DNA of 64,000 bases from Thermoanaerobaculia bacterium (GTDB lineage: Bacteria; Acidobacteriota; Thermoanaerobaculia; UBA5066). Positions 8,910-18,359 of the stretch are shown here, one piece after another. The position numbers and the translations under genes were made by a program. The notes under the pieces are model-generated. The model was not told where the DNA came from, did not search any database, and saw nothing but the letters and a program-made list of their open reading frames with translations. The stretch covers positions 864,001-928,000 of the forward strand of contig CAVRAY010000001.1 in the NCBI GenBank assembly GCA_963719225.1. The letters run 5' to 3'. The number at the start of each line of letters is the position of its first letter. Position 1 is the stretch's first letter.

Positions 8910-11408
8910 ATGACGACGATACGAAACGGCCGAGCTTCCCTCCGCTCTGCGCGCCGACCGGGCCTGGCCGCCGCCCTCGTCTTCGCGCTCGCAGCCTCCG
9001 CCTGTGCGTCCTCGCGCGCTTACCAGGAGGGCGAGCGCGAGGAAGCGCGCAAGCACTGGGATCTCGCGGTCCTCGCCTACGAGAAAGCGCTCTCCCTCGA
9101 CCCGAAGGACTCGGCCGCCCGCATTTCCCTCCAGCGCGCGCGCTTTCAGGCGGCGCAGGCCCATTACGAGCGCGGGCGGCTGCACAGGTCCGCCGGCCAG
9201 CTCGACCTCGCGGTTTCCGAGCTCGAAGTCTCGATCGCCCTCGACTCCACGAACGACTCGGCGCTCCAGGAATTGCGGCGGGCCAGAGCCGACATCGAGA
9301 CCCGCGAGCGGGACAACGCGGGCGGCACTCCGGTCGAGAAGGCGAAGGCGGCGGCGCGCGGAGTTCGCGGGGCGCCGCCGATGCTGAACCCGTCGTCGAC
9401 GAAGCCCATCGACGTCGCGTTCGCGCCCGACACGAACATCAAGAAGATCTATGCGGCCCTCGGAGCCGCCGCGGGCATCAACGTCATCTACGACCCCCAG
9501 CTCAAGGACGACCGCTTCACCCTGGACCTGCGCGGGATGACGTTCCAGAAAGCCCTCGAGACCGCGATGCGGCAGGCGGGCCACTTCTACAAGGTCATCG
9601 ACGAGCGGACGATCCTCATCGCGCAGGACACGCAGCAGAACCGCAAGGAGTACGAGGACCTGGTGATCCGGACGTTCTTCCTTTCGAACGGCGACGTGAA
9701 GGACGTCTCGGCCATGGTGCGGTCGATCCTCGACCTGCGCCGACTCGGTACGATCCCGGCGCTCAACGCCATCATCATCCGCGACACCGCCGACAAGGTG
9801 GCCGTGGCCGAGCGCCTCATCGAGGTGAACGACAAGGCGAAGTCCGAGGTCGTCGTGGACGTCGAGCTGCTCCAGGTGAACACCAGCAAGCTTCTGGATC
9901 TCGGCACCGTCCTGTCGGCGCGATCCCCGTTGACGGTGGCGACCGTCGTCCCGGGCGCCGGAAGCGGCGCCACGGCCGCCGCCGCTTCGCTGCCGTGGAA
10001 CGCGATCAAAGGCCTTGGGATCAACGACTTCTTGTTCACGATCCCCACCGTCTCGTTCAATTTCGTGAAGGACAACACCGACGCCGAGGTGCTCGCGAAA
10101 CCGCAGCTCCGGATCGCGGAGGGCGAGAAAGCCCAGCTCGTCATCGGCGACCGCGTCCCGATCCCCGTCACGACCATCAACACGCAGCAAGCCGTCGGCT
10201 CGACGGGCGTCGTTCCCATCACGTCGTTCCAGTACCAGGACGTCGGCATCAAGATCGACATGGAGCCGCGCGTCCACCACAACAAGGAGGTCTCGCTCAA
10301 GCTCACGATCGAGGTCTCCCAGCTGAACGGATCCGTTACGGCGGGCGACGGATCGAAGCAGCCGATCATCAGTACGCGCACGATCACGTCGTCGATCCGG
10401 CTGAAGGACGGCGAGACGAACTTTCTCGCGGGCCTCATCCGAAAGGACTCGCAGAAGACGAAGAGCACGATCCCGTTCCTCGGCGACATTCCTCTCATCG
10501 GCGCGCTCTTTACGCACACGACGACGGACGACAGGCGGACGGACCTCTTCCTCACGCTCACCCCGCACATCATCCGGTCGCCACAGATCACGGAAGAGGA
10601 CCTCATTCCGATCTGGGTCGGCACGGAGAACAACGTCTCGTTCTCGGGCCTCAACACGCGCCTCGAGTCTCCGAACGCGCCGGGCTCCCCGTTCGACGCC
10701 GCGCAGCCTCCGGGGCGGCAGCCGATGCGGCCGGTGGGGGCGCCTCCCGTCACGAACCCGACCCTCCCGATCATCCAGGGCACGCCGCCGAACGACCCGT
10801 TCCGCCGCACGCCCACGCCGGTTCCCTTCACGCCGAGGACCTCGCGCGAGACGGCCGTGCCGGAGGCGCAGGCGTCTGTCGCCTCTTCGGGCGAGGGAAC
10901 CGGCGTGCCCGCGCAGGCTCTCGTCGCGAACACGAGCGTCGCAAATTCTGGCGCGGCTGCCGGGCCGGGGATCGTGTCCTCGCCGGCGGGTCCGATGCTC
11001 CGCCTCGCGGCGACGTCCGCCTCGATCGCTCCGGGCGAGGTCTCCGTCGTGAACGTGACGGGCGACTCCGGCCTCGAGACGCTCGGCGCGCTCGAGGTCA
11101 CGGTCGAGTGGGATCCCGCGGTGGCCGAGGTGACGGGAGTCGCCCCCGGCCCCTGGCGGAATGCCGAAGGCGCCGAGGCGATCCGCTTCGACTCGGAGCG
11201 CGTCGCCGGACGGGCGCGACTTCATTTCGCGCGCGTCGGCGGTTCGGCCGGCCTTCCCGGCGGCGTTCTCGCGAAGCTGGCGATGCGCGGCCTCGCGCCC
11301 GGGACCACGCTCGTGCGCGTCACGGCCGGCTCGGCTTCGACGCCGGCAGGAGCCACCCCGGCGCCGCGCGTCGAGGCCGCCTCCCTCACGGTGAAATCCG
11401 CCTCATGA
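8910..11408 (+). CDS. secretin (GspD/PilQ family) with lipoprotein signal, TPR region and C-terminal cohesin-like domain
   Basis: Lipobox ASAC; TPR-like helices; LAKPQLRIAEGEKAQLVIGDRVP, YQDVGIKI, LKDGETNFLAGLI, PFLGDIPLIGALF. C-terminal VEWDPAVAEV...GVLAKLAMRGLAPGTT resembles cohesin. Confidence 0.93.
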   Translation: MTTIRNGRASLRSARRPGLAAALVFALAASACASSRAYQEGEREEARKHWDLAVLAYEKALSLDPKDSAARISLQRARFQAAQAHYERGRLHRSAGQLDLAVSELEVSIALDSTNDSALQELRRARADIETRERDNAGGTPVEKAKAAARGVRGAPPMLNPSSTKPIDVAFAPDTNIKKIYAALGAAAGINVIYDPQLKDDRFTLDLRGMTFQKALETAMRQAGHFYKVIDERTILIAQDTQQNRKEYEDLVIRTFFLSNGDVKDVSAMVRSILDLRRLGTIPALNAIIIRDTADKVAVAERLIEVNDKAKSEVVVDVELLQVNTSKLLDLGTVLSARSPLTVATVVPGAGSGATAAAASLPWNAIKGLGINDFLFTIPTVSFNFVKDNTDAEVLAKPQLRIAEGEKAQLVIGDRVPIPVTTINTQQAVGSTGVVPITSFQYQDVGIKIDMEPRVHHNKEVSLKLTIEVSQLNGSVTAGDGSKQPIISTRTITSSIRLKDGETNFLAGLIRKDSQKTKSTIPFLGDIPLIGALFTHTTTDDRRTDLFLTLTPHIIRSPQITEEDLIPIWVGTENNVSFSGLNTRLESPNAPGSPFDAAQPPGRQPMRPVGAPPVTNPTLPIIQGTPPNDPFRRTPTPVPFTPRTSRETAVPEAQASVASSGEGTGVPAQALVANTSVANSGAAAGPGIVSSPAGPMLRLAATSASIAPGEVSVVNVTGDSGLETLGALEVTVEWDPAVAEVTGVAPGPWRNAEGAEAIRFDSERVAGRARLHFARVGGSAGLPGGVLAKLAMRGLAPGTTLVRVTAGSASTPAGATPAPRVEAASLTVKSAS

Positions 11409-11872
11409 TGCTTCCCCGGAGGGCGCGGCGCGGCTTTTCGCTCGTCGAGCTCGTGATCGTGTGCGCCTGCATCCTCATCCTCACGGCGATGATCGTCCCC
11501 GTGACGCGTTTCGGCGTCGTGCGGCAGAAGGAGATGGAGCTGCGCGAGGCGCTGCGCTCGATGCGGAGCGCGATCGACGACTACAAGCGGCTCTCGGACC
11601 AGGGCCTCATCCCCGTCGAACTCGACACGGAGGGCTATCCGAAGACGCTCGAGAAGCTCGTGGAAGGGGTCGAGCTCGTCGGACAGGTCAAGAAGAAGAA
11701 GAGGTTCCTCAGGAAGATCCCGTTCGACCCGATGACCGGCAAGGCGGAATGGGGGCTGAGGAGCTACCAGGACGATCCGGACGCGCGCTCGTGGGGCCGG
11801 CAGAACGTCTACGACGTCTATTCCCTGTCGCCGCTCACGGGCCTCGACAAGACCAAATACAAGGATTGGTGA
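11405..11872 (+). CDS. pseudopilin (GspG-like)
   Basis: Class III signal RRGFSLVEL; ELREALRSMRSAIDDY, YPKTLEKLVEG, LRKIPFDP. Confidence 0.92.
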   Translation: MMLPRRARRGFSLVELVIVCACILILTAMIVPVTRFGVVRQKEMELREALRSMRSAIDDYKRLSDQGLIPVELDTEGYPKTLEKLVEGVELVGQVKKKKRFLRKIPFDPMTGKAEWGLRSYQDDPDARSWGRQNVYDVYSLSPLTGLDKTKYKDW

Positions 11873-12291
11873 TGCGAAGAGGAAAAGGCTCGACTTTTGG
11901 CTTCACTCGTGGCTTCACTCTCGTCGAGCTGCTCGTCGTCATGGCGATCCTGGGCATCCTCGTGGCGATCGCGGTCCCGCAGCTCCAGAAGGCGCCGATC
12001 CGCGCGAAGGAGGCCACGCTGAAAGAGGATCTCTTCACGTTTCGGACGTGCCTCGACCAGTACTACGCCGACAAGGGCCACTATCCGGACACGCTCCAGA
12101 CGCTCGTCACGGACAAGTACATCCGCAAGATCCCGATCGACCCGTTCACGAAATCGGCCGACACGTGGCAGGTCATCATGGAGGAGCCGGACTCGTCGGA
12201 GACCGCTTCGGCGGAGCCGCCGGGCATCATCGACGTCAAGAGCGGCTCGAAGCAGGTGTCCCTCGACGGGGCGCCGTACAACACGTGGTGA
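11872..12291 (+). CDS. pseudopilin (GspG-like)
   Basis: RGFTLVELLVVMAILGIL; YPDTLQTLV..YIRKIPIDP. Confidence 0.93.
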   Translation: MRRGKGSTFGFTRGFTLVELLVVMAILGILVAIAVPQLQKAPIRAKEATLKEDLFTFRTCLDQYYADKGHYPDTLQTLVTDKYIRKIPIDPFTKSADTWQVIMEEPDSSETASAEPPGIIDVKSGSKQVSLDGAPYNTW

Positions 12292-12295
12292 AGGG

Positions 12296-12892
12296 GTGAA
12301 GGGAAGCCGCGGATACACGCTCGTCGCGCTCATCATCGGGATGACGGTGATGATGATCCTCATCGCCGCGGTTCTCCCGATGGCGTCTGCCGAGGCGCAG
12401 CGCGACAAGGAAGCGGAGCTCGTCTTCCGCGGCTTTCAGTACGCCGAGGGGATCCGCAACTTCCGGCGCCGGTACGGCCGGTATCCCAACACGCTCAAGG
12501 AGATGTTCGAGATGCGCCCGCGCACGCTGCGCAAGCTCTGGAAGGACCCGATCACGAACTCGGACAAGTGGGGCCTCATCACGCAGGCCGGGGCGCCCGT
12601 GACGACGTCGGGCGGGGGAACCGTTCCGCCGGGCGGGGGCAAGGTGCCCACTCCCGCGCCGACGCCCACCGTTTCGCCTTTTTCCACGCCGTCGTCGGGC
12701 GCGCCCGGCGGCGACCAGCCGCCCGGCCCGATCCTGGGCGTCTACTCCACGTCGAAGAAGAAGGGCTACCGGATGTTCTCGGGGCGCGAGAACTACAACG
12801 AGTGGCGCTTCACGGAGCAGACGCTCCTCAACCAGTCGCCCACGACGAACGCTCCGTTCCCCGGGCCCGGCACCTCCTTCCCGAAGCGCTGA
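12296..12892 (+). CDS. minor pseudopilin lacking Glu5 (GspK/PilX-like position)
   Basis: RGYTLVALIIG has Ala at +5; YPNTLKEM, LRKLWKDPIT; Gly/Pro/Thr-rich insertion. Confidence 0.85.
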   Translation: MKGSRGYTLVALIIGMTVMMILIAAVLPMASAEAQRDKEAELVFRGFQYAEGIRNFRRRYGRYPNTLKEMFEMRPRTLRKLWKDPITNSDKWGLITQAGAPVTTSGGGTVPPGGGKVPTPAPTPTVSPFSTPSSGAPGGDQPPGPILGVYSTSKKKGYRMFSGRENYNEWRFTEQTLLNQSPTTNAPFPGPGTSFPKR

Positions 12893-12928
12893 GTCGCGAG
12901 CCGCGAGGGATCTACTCGGGCCCTCGTC

Positions 12929-13099
12929 TCACTTGCGCAGCGCGAGCTTCTCGAGGACGCCGGCATCCTCGAGGCGCGACGCGAGAGCGAGCGCCTTTCG
13001 AAGATTCTGGGCAGGCTGCCCCATGGAGAACGTGTTCTCGCGAGGGCGCCGCCGACCGCGTCGTCGTCCGTATGGGTGCTTCATGGCATCAACGATCAT
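12929..13099 (-). pseudogene. orphan VapB-like antitoxin remnant
   Basis: Hand-translated 56 aa ORF ending TFSMGQPAQNLRKALALASRLEDAGVLEKLALRK, similar to actinobacterial-type VapB C-termini; no toxin gene follows. Confidence 0.55.
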
Positions 13100-14275
13100 C
13101 GCACCACAGCATCAACGATGCGCCGCGTCCGTGCCGCGTCGCGCACGGCGGGCGCGAGGACCTGCGCGGAGAGCGCGTGGCCTTTCGCGCTCCAGTGGAT
13201 GCCGGTCGGAAGGAAGAGGCGTTCGCCCGCCTTCGTCGCGTCGCGGAACGCGGGAAGGAGATCGACGACCGGAAGATCGCGGCGCGCGCAGGCGTCCTTC
13301 AGGCGGAAGAAGCCGTCCTCGTCGAGAGCGTCCGGGCCGAGGCCGTAGATCTTGAGGACCTTCTGCTTCGCGACGTCGTCCACGAGGAAGCGGGGAGGAA
13401 CGGTGAAGACGATCGGCGAGGCGTCGAGGGCACGGGTCTCTCTCTCGAGCGCGCCGAGAAGCGCCCACGTCAGCGCGAACTCCGGCTCGCGCGCGGGGGG
13501 CGCGCTGCGCAGCGAGAGGTCGACCATCACGGGCCGCGTCTCTGGCTCGACCCGGTCCGCGCCCGTCCCGAACGCGCGTCGCGCCAGCGACCAGAGGTGG
13601 GAGCGCGACCCGAGAGCCGCGTCGAGGCGGCGGGCGACGGAGCGATTCATCGCGTTCGCCGGAGGCACGAGCGCGAGGGAGTCACCCGCGAGGAGGAATC
13701 GGGGTTTCGGCCTGCCGTACATCTCGACGCTCGCGTTCTCCATCACGTCGTTCCAGAAGAAGCCGACGAGGACGAGGTCGGGCGAGAGGCGGGCTCCCCA
13801 GCGGCGGAGAGTCAGGAGGGCCTGGTCCGTCCCGTACCCGGGCACGCCGAGGTTGATCACCTCGAACGACGGGCCGAGGAGATCGGCGAGAGGTCTCGTC
13901 ACCGGCTCGTCCTGCCTGACGCCGCTCCCGAAGACGAAGGAATCGCCGAGCACGACGACGCGCGTCACACCCGGGACCTTATTCCCGTGGTCCACGTCCC
14001 GGAACCCGAGCGCGTTCGTCGCGAGATCCGCCTGCCACGGTTCGTCGCTCGCGAGACCGGAGACGTTCGGCCGGAGCGTCCAGCCGAGCTCAGGATCGGC
14101 CGCGACGAGCGGCCCGCCCGCGGCCGGGGCGCCGTAGCGCTCGGCGAGGGGCTGCGGAAAGAAGAGCCTGAGGCCGGCCTCGGCGAGAGCGAGACCGAGC
14201 ACGAGCGCGGCGAGCGCGATCCCGGCGTTCTTCCCGGCTTCTCTCGAGGGGATTCTTCGCTCCTTTCCCCGCCAT
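13096..14275 (-). CDS. SGNH/GDSL hydrolase family protein (5' end uncertain, possible frameshift)
   Basis: TNALGFRD, VVLGDSFVFG, NLGVPGYGTDQ, FFWND, GIHWS. The open frame continues upstream of GTG 14202 but reaches ATG 14275 only if one base is removed from the GGGG/AAA run. Confidence 0.85.
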
Positions 14276-14323
14276 TGTCACCCGACACTATGAGGCGTCG
14301 CTCCTCGAGCGGTGAAGGGGGTT

Positions 14324-14351
14324 CGGGGGAAACAGGAACCTGTTTCCCCCG
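14324..14351. repeat. perfect intergenic palindrome (REP-like hairpin)
   Basis: CGGGGGAAACAG-GAAC-CTGTTTCCCCCG, a 12-bp stem between divergent genes. Confidence 0.7.
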
Positions 14352-14420
14352 CTCACTCGCAGAATCTAGGCCCGCCCATCCGGTCAGACCGCGAAGCGGT
14401 CTGCGGGCCTAGAATCAGCC

Positions 14421-15725
14421 GTGCTCGTGAGGAAGCTCCCGGACGGGACGGCGGTGTGGCTGGACCCGATGCGCGACGTGCGAAGCCTCGCGCTCTCGAT
14501 CACGATGGCGGGCGGCTCGGCCTCCGAGGACCCTCTCGAGCGCGGCGCGACGCACTTCCTCGAGCACCTCCTCTTCAAGAGAACACGCCTGCGCTCGGGC
14601 GCCGCGGTCGCGCGGATCACCGACCGGCTCGGGGGCGACTGCGACGCGTACACCACGAAGGAGTGCGTTTCGTTCCACGCGCGCGTGCCGGCGGAGCGGG
14701 CGGAAGAGGCCGTCGATCTCCTCGTCGACCTCACGTCCGCGCCCGCGTTCACGGCCGCGGACGTGGAGGTGGAGCGCGGCGTCATCCTCGAGGAGATGGC
14801 CGAGGCCGAGGACGCGCCCGACGACCTCCTGCACGAGAGCTTCCTCCGGCGCCTCTGGCCCCGGCACGCCCTCGGCGCGCCGATTCTCGGAACGGCGGCC
14901 ACCGTGAAGAGCCTCACCCACACGGGGCTCGTCCGGCGGTTCCGCGCGATCGCCCGGCCCGAGCGAACGCTCGTCGCGGCCGCCGGCGCGTTCGACCCCG
15001 ATCGCCTCGTCGCGCTCTTCTCGCGCGGACGTGCGCGGCGGGAGGCGCCTCCGGCTGTCTTCGCGCCCGCGGAGCGGAAGCCTCGCGCCGCCCGCTGCGC
15101 GTTTCACCTCGCACGGCCGGACCTCCAGCAGACGCACCTTCTCGTGGGGGGGCCGACGATCCCGTTCGGGCATCCGCTCGTGCCGGCGGCGTGGATCGCG
15201 ACCGAGGTCCTGGGCGGCGGCGTGTCGTCCCGCCTCTGGCGCGACGTGCGCGAGCGGCGCGGCCTCGCGTATGCCGTCGGGACCGGCCTGACGCTGCATC
15301 GCGAGGCCGGGGTCGCTCTCGTCTCGGCGGCGACTCAGCCGAAGAATCTCGCGCGCCTCGTCGCGACGACGGCCCGCGCGCTCAGGCGCTTCCGCGAGGA
15401 GGGAGTCACGCGCTCGGAGCTGAGGCGCGCGAAGAACCTCTTTCACGCGGAAGCCGCTCTCTCTCTGGAGTCCACGGCCGCGCGCCGCGAGAAGGCGGTG
15501 CAGTCCTGGCTGTACAGGGGCCATCCTTACCCGACGGAGGAGTTCCTCGCCGACGTGGACCGCGTGACGGCGGAAGACGTGTCCGCCGCGATCCGGCTCC
15601 TCTACGGCGCGCGGGACGCGGGGCGCCTCGGCCTCGGCGTCGCGGGGCCGCTTCCCGCGGGGGAACGGCCGGAGGCCTTCGCGTTGAGCCTCGCGGACGA
15701 CGTCGCCGAGGTGCTGGCGGCATGA
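14421..15725 (+). CDS. M16 (pitrilysin) family zinc peptidase
   Basis: HFLEH (HxxEH), ERGVILEE, SSRLWRDVRERRGLAY. Confidence 0.95.
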   Translation: MLVRKLPDGTAVWLDPMRDVRSLALSITMAGGSASEDPLERGATHFLEHLLFKRTRLRSGAAVARITDRLGGDCDAYTTKECVSFHARVPAERAEEAVDLLVDLTSAPAFTAADVEVERGVILEEMAEAEDAPDDLLHESFLRRLWPRHALGAPILGTAATVKSLTHTGLVRRFRAIARPERTLVAAAGAFDPDRLVALFSRGRARREAPPAVFAPAERKPRAARCAFHLARPDLQQTHLLVGGPTIPFGHPLVPAAWIATEVLGGGVSSRLWRDVRERRGLAYAVGTGLTLHREAGVALVSAATQPKNLARLVATTARALRRFREEGVTRSELRRAKNLFHAEAALSLESTAARREKAVQSWLYRGHPYPTEEFLADVDRVTAEDVSAAIRLLYGARDAGRLGLGVAGPLPAGERPEAFALSLADDVAEVLAA

Positions 15726-16183
15726 CGGCGGGCGCGAGCGTCCCCGTTCGCTACCGGATCGCAGAGGCCTTCCGGGACCTCGCGCCTCCCGTCTACGCCT
15801 CCGACGGCGCCGCCGGCGCCGACCTGCGCGCGGCCCTCGAAGAGCCTCTCGTCCTGGCTCCGGGCCAGCGCACCCTCGTTCCCACCGGCCTCGTCCTCGA
15901 GATCCCCAGGGGCTTCGAGGGCCAGGTGCGCGCCCGCTCCGGCCTTGCCCTCCGGCAGGGGCTGGCGCTTGCGAACGGCGTCGGGACGATCGACGCGGAT
16001 TACCGCGGCGAGGTCGGCGTCCTCATCGTGAATCTGGGCACGGAGCCCGTGACCTTGACGCGCGGCGACCGGATCGCGCAGCTCGTGATCGCGCCGGTGG
16101 CGCGCGCCGTCTTCGAGGACGCGGTCGACCTCGTCGACACGGCGCGGGGAGCCGGCGGCTTCGGCAGCACGGGGGCCCGGTGA
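15722..16183 (+). CDS. dut: dUTP diphosphatase
   Basis: AGADL, RSGLA, GTIDADYRGE, GDRIAQLV, RGAGGFGSTG. Confidence 0.97.
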   Translation: MTAGASVPVRYRIAEAFRDLAPPVYASDGAAGADLRAALEEPLVLAPGQRTLVPTGLVLEIPRGFEGQVRARSGLALRQGLALANGVGTIDADYRGEVGVLIVNLGTEPVTLTRGDRIAQLVIAPVARAVFEDAVDLVDTARGAGGFGSTGAR

Positions 16184-16956
16184 GCCGCATCGAGGTCTGC
16201 TTCCTCGGCTCGGGCTCGTCGGGGAACTGCGCCGTCGTGCGCGTGAACGGGACGAGCATCCTCGTGGACGCGGGCCTCTCGACGAAGGAGACCGAGAGGC
16301 GCCTCGCCTTGCGCGGAACCTCGCTGGCCGAGATTTCGGCCGTCTTCCTCACGCACGAGCACGCGGACCACGTCTATGCCGCGCTCGACCTGAACCGGCG
16401 GCACGGCATCCCCGTGTTCGCGTCGCGCGGCACCGCCGTGGCCGGCGGATTCCCGGGGCCGCTCTTCGCCGACGTGCGGCCCGTGGCGGGCGGGAGGGAG
16501 ATGATCCTGGGGGACCTCCACGTGCGCGTCACGTCCACCCCGCACGACGGCGCCGAATCGGTGTGCTTCGTTTTCGCGGACGGAGGCGGCCGCCGCGTCG
16601 GGATCGCCACCGATCTCGGGCATCTTTCCTCGGCCGTGCTCGAGGTGCTGAGCGACTGCGACGTCCTCGGCCTCGAGGCGAATCACGACGAGGATCTGCT
16701 GCGATCCGGTCCGTATCCGCCGTACCTGAAGAAGCGGATTCTCTCCGCCGTGGGGCACCTTTCGAACGAGAGCGCGGCCGAAGGGCTTCGGCGTCTCGTC
16801 GGACCCCGGACCGCCGCGGTGGTGGCCCTCCACGTGTCGCGGCACAACAACACGAGCGCGCTCGCCGAAAGGGTCTTCCGCGAGGCGCTCGAGGACACCG
16901 GCACGCACGCGTCTCTCGCGGTCGCCCGGCACGATGAGCCCACGGACTGGATGTAG
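16180..16956 (+). CDS. MBL-fold metallo-hydrolase (YycJ/WalJ-like)
   Basis: LGSGSSGN, DAG, THEHADH, HDG, TDLG, EANHD, GHLSN. Confidence 0.92.
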   Translation: MSRIEVCFLGSGSSGNCAVVRVNGTSILVDAGLSTKETERRLALRGTSLAEISAVFLTHEHADHVYAALDLNRRHGIPVFASRGTAVAGGFPGPLFADVRPVAGGREMILGDLHVRVTSTPHDGAESVCFVFADGGGRRVGIATDLGHLSSAVLEVLSDCDVLGLEANHDEDLLRSGPYPPYLKKRILSAVGHLSNESAAEGLRRLVGPRTAAVVALHVSRHNNTSALAERVFREALEDTGTHASLAVARHDEPTDWM

Positions 16957-16977
16957 AGTCGGGACGAGGAGTCGCCG

Positions 16978-17247
16978 ATGACGGTTCTCGTGAAGGTCAT
17001 GCTCAAGCCGGGAGTTCTCGATCCCCAGGGGAAGGCGATCGCCGGAGCGCTCCACCGCCTCGGCTACGTGTCGGTCTCGGACGTGAGGGCCGGGAAGCTC
17101 TTCCGCCTCGAGGTCGATACGGACGACCCGAAGGTGGCGAAGGAGGCGGGCGAGCAGATGGCGGGGAAGCTCCTCGCGAATCCCGTCATCGAGGACTACG
17201 AGGTTCTCCTCGAGCCCGCGGCCGCGCCGGCGGGAGCCGCCCGGTGA
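16978..17247 (+). CDS. purS: FGAM synthase subunit PurS
   Basis: LKPGVLDPQG, VRAGK, LLANPVIEDY. Confidence 0.97.
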   Translation: MTVLVKVMLKPGVLDPQGKAIAGALHRLGYVSVSDVRAGKLFRLEVDTDDPKVAKEAGEQMAGKLLANPVIEDYEVLLEPAAAPAGAAR

Positions 17248-17963
17248 CCGTCGCGTCGCCGCGCGTCGCCGTCGTCGTGTTTCCGGGCAGCAACTGCGAC
17301 GAGGATGCCGCCGCTGCAGCGCGGAACGTGCTCCAGGCGGACGTGAGGATGGTGCGCCACGACGAGCGCGCCCTCGGCGATCCCGAGCTGGTGATCCTGC
17401 CGGGAGGCTTCGCGTACGGCGATTACCTGAGGAGCGGCGCGATGGCGCGTTTCTCTCCCGTGATGGAGTCCGTGGCCGCGTTTGCGGGACAGGGAGGGGC
17501 CGTGCTCGGCATCTGCAACGGCTTCCAGATCCTCTGCGAGGCGGGGCTCCTTCCCGGGGCGATGCTCAAGAACGAAGGGCTGCGATTCGTCTGCCGCGAC
17601 GTCTTCCTGCGCGTCGAGTCCAAGCGCACGCCGTTCACGCTCGCGATCAACAAGGGCGACGTCCTGAGGATGCCGGTTGCTCACGGCGAGGGCAACTGGA
17701 CCGCCGAGCGCCGCGTGCACGAGGAGATGATCGCGCGGGATCAGATCGTCTTCCGCTACGTGCTCAGCGACGGCTCGCGCGGCGACGGGGCGAACCCGAA
17801 CGGGTCGCTGGACGACGTCGCGGGCATCTGCAACGTGAAGGGCAACGTCGTCGGCCTCATGCCGCATCCCGAGCGGGCGGCCGAGGAGCTCCTCGGCGGC
17901 ACGGACGGCGCGCGTCTCTTCAAGTCCTTCGCGACGACCCGCATGGCGATGCACGGGACGTAG
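17244..17963 (+). CDS. purQ: FGAM synthase glutaminase subunit PurQ
   Basis: [47 protein letters not shown]. Confidence 0.97.
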   Translation: MTVASPRVAVVVFPGSNCDEDAAAAARNVLQADVRMVRHDERALGDPELVILPGGFAYGDYLRSGAMARFSPVMESVAAFAGQGGAVLGICNGFQILCEAGLLPGAMLKNEGLRFVCRDVFLRVESKRTPFTLAINKGDVLRMPVAHGEGNWTAERRVHEEMIARDQIVFRYVLSDGSRGDGANPNGSLDDVAGICNVKGNVVGLMPHPERAAEELLGGTDGARLFKSFATTRMAMHGT

Positions 17964-17980
17964 GGAAGTAGACTCTCTTC

Positions 17981-18127
17981 ATGGGGCTGTCCATCAAAGC
18001 TCGGAGAGAGAGAATCGATCGGCTGCTCCGAAGGTTCTGGGCGACTCTTCCAAAGCGGGTCCTCGGGAAGAAGATCTCGAAGAAAGAGCACGCGCGGCTT
18101 CTCGGATACGGCCCGAACGGCGTCTGA
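17981..18127 (+). pseudogene. internally deleted VapB antitoxin (48 aa)
   Basis: MGLSIK N-terminus joined directly to ...[26 protein letters not shown]; the central RHH helices appear absent; overlaps the PIN remnant. Confidence 0.7.
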
Positions 18128-18354
18128 TCGTCGACGCGTTCGAGTTCGTGCGCGACTTCGGGATCGTCGTGATTCCTTTCGAAGAGGAGCACGCCCGCGC
18201 GGCCGCCGAGGCGTTCGCCCGCTTCGGAAAAGGCCGGCACCGCGCAGCTCTCAACTTCGGGGACTGCATGAGCTATGCGGTCGCGAAGCTGGCGGGTCAG
18301 CCGCTCCTCTGCACGGGAACGGATTTCGCGAAGACCGACCTGAAGCTCGCCTGA
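18124..18354 (+). pseudogene. internally deleted VapC PIN toxin (76 aa)
   Basis: (CTG)IVDA fused in frame to the C-terminal half [26 protein letters not shown]...[12 protein letters not shown]. Confidence 0.85.
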
Positions 18355-18359
18355 CAGCG

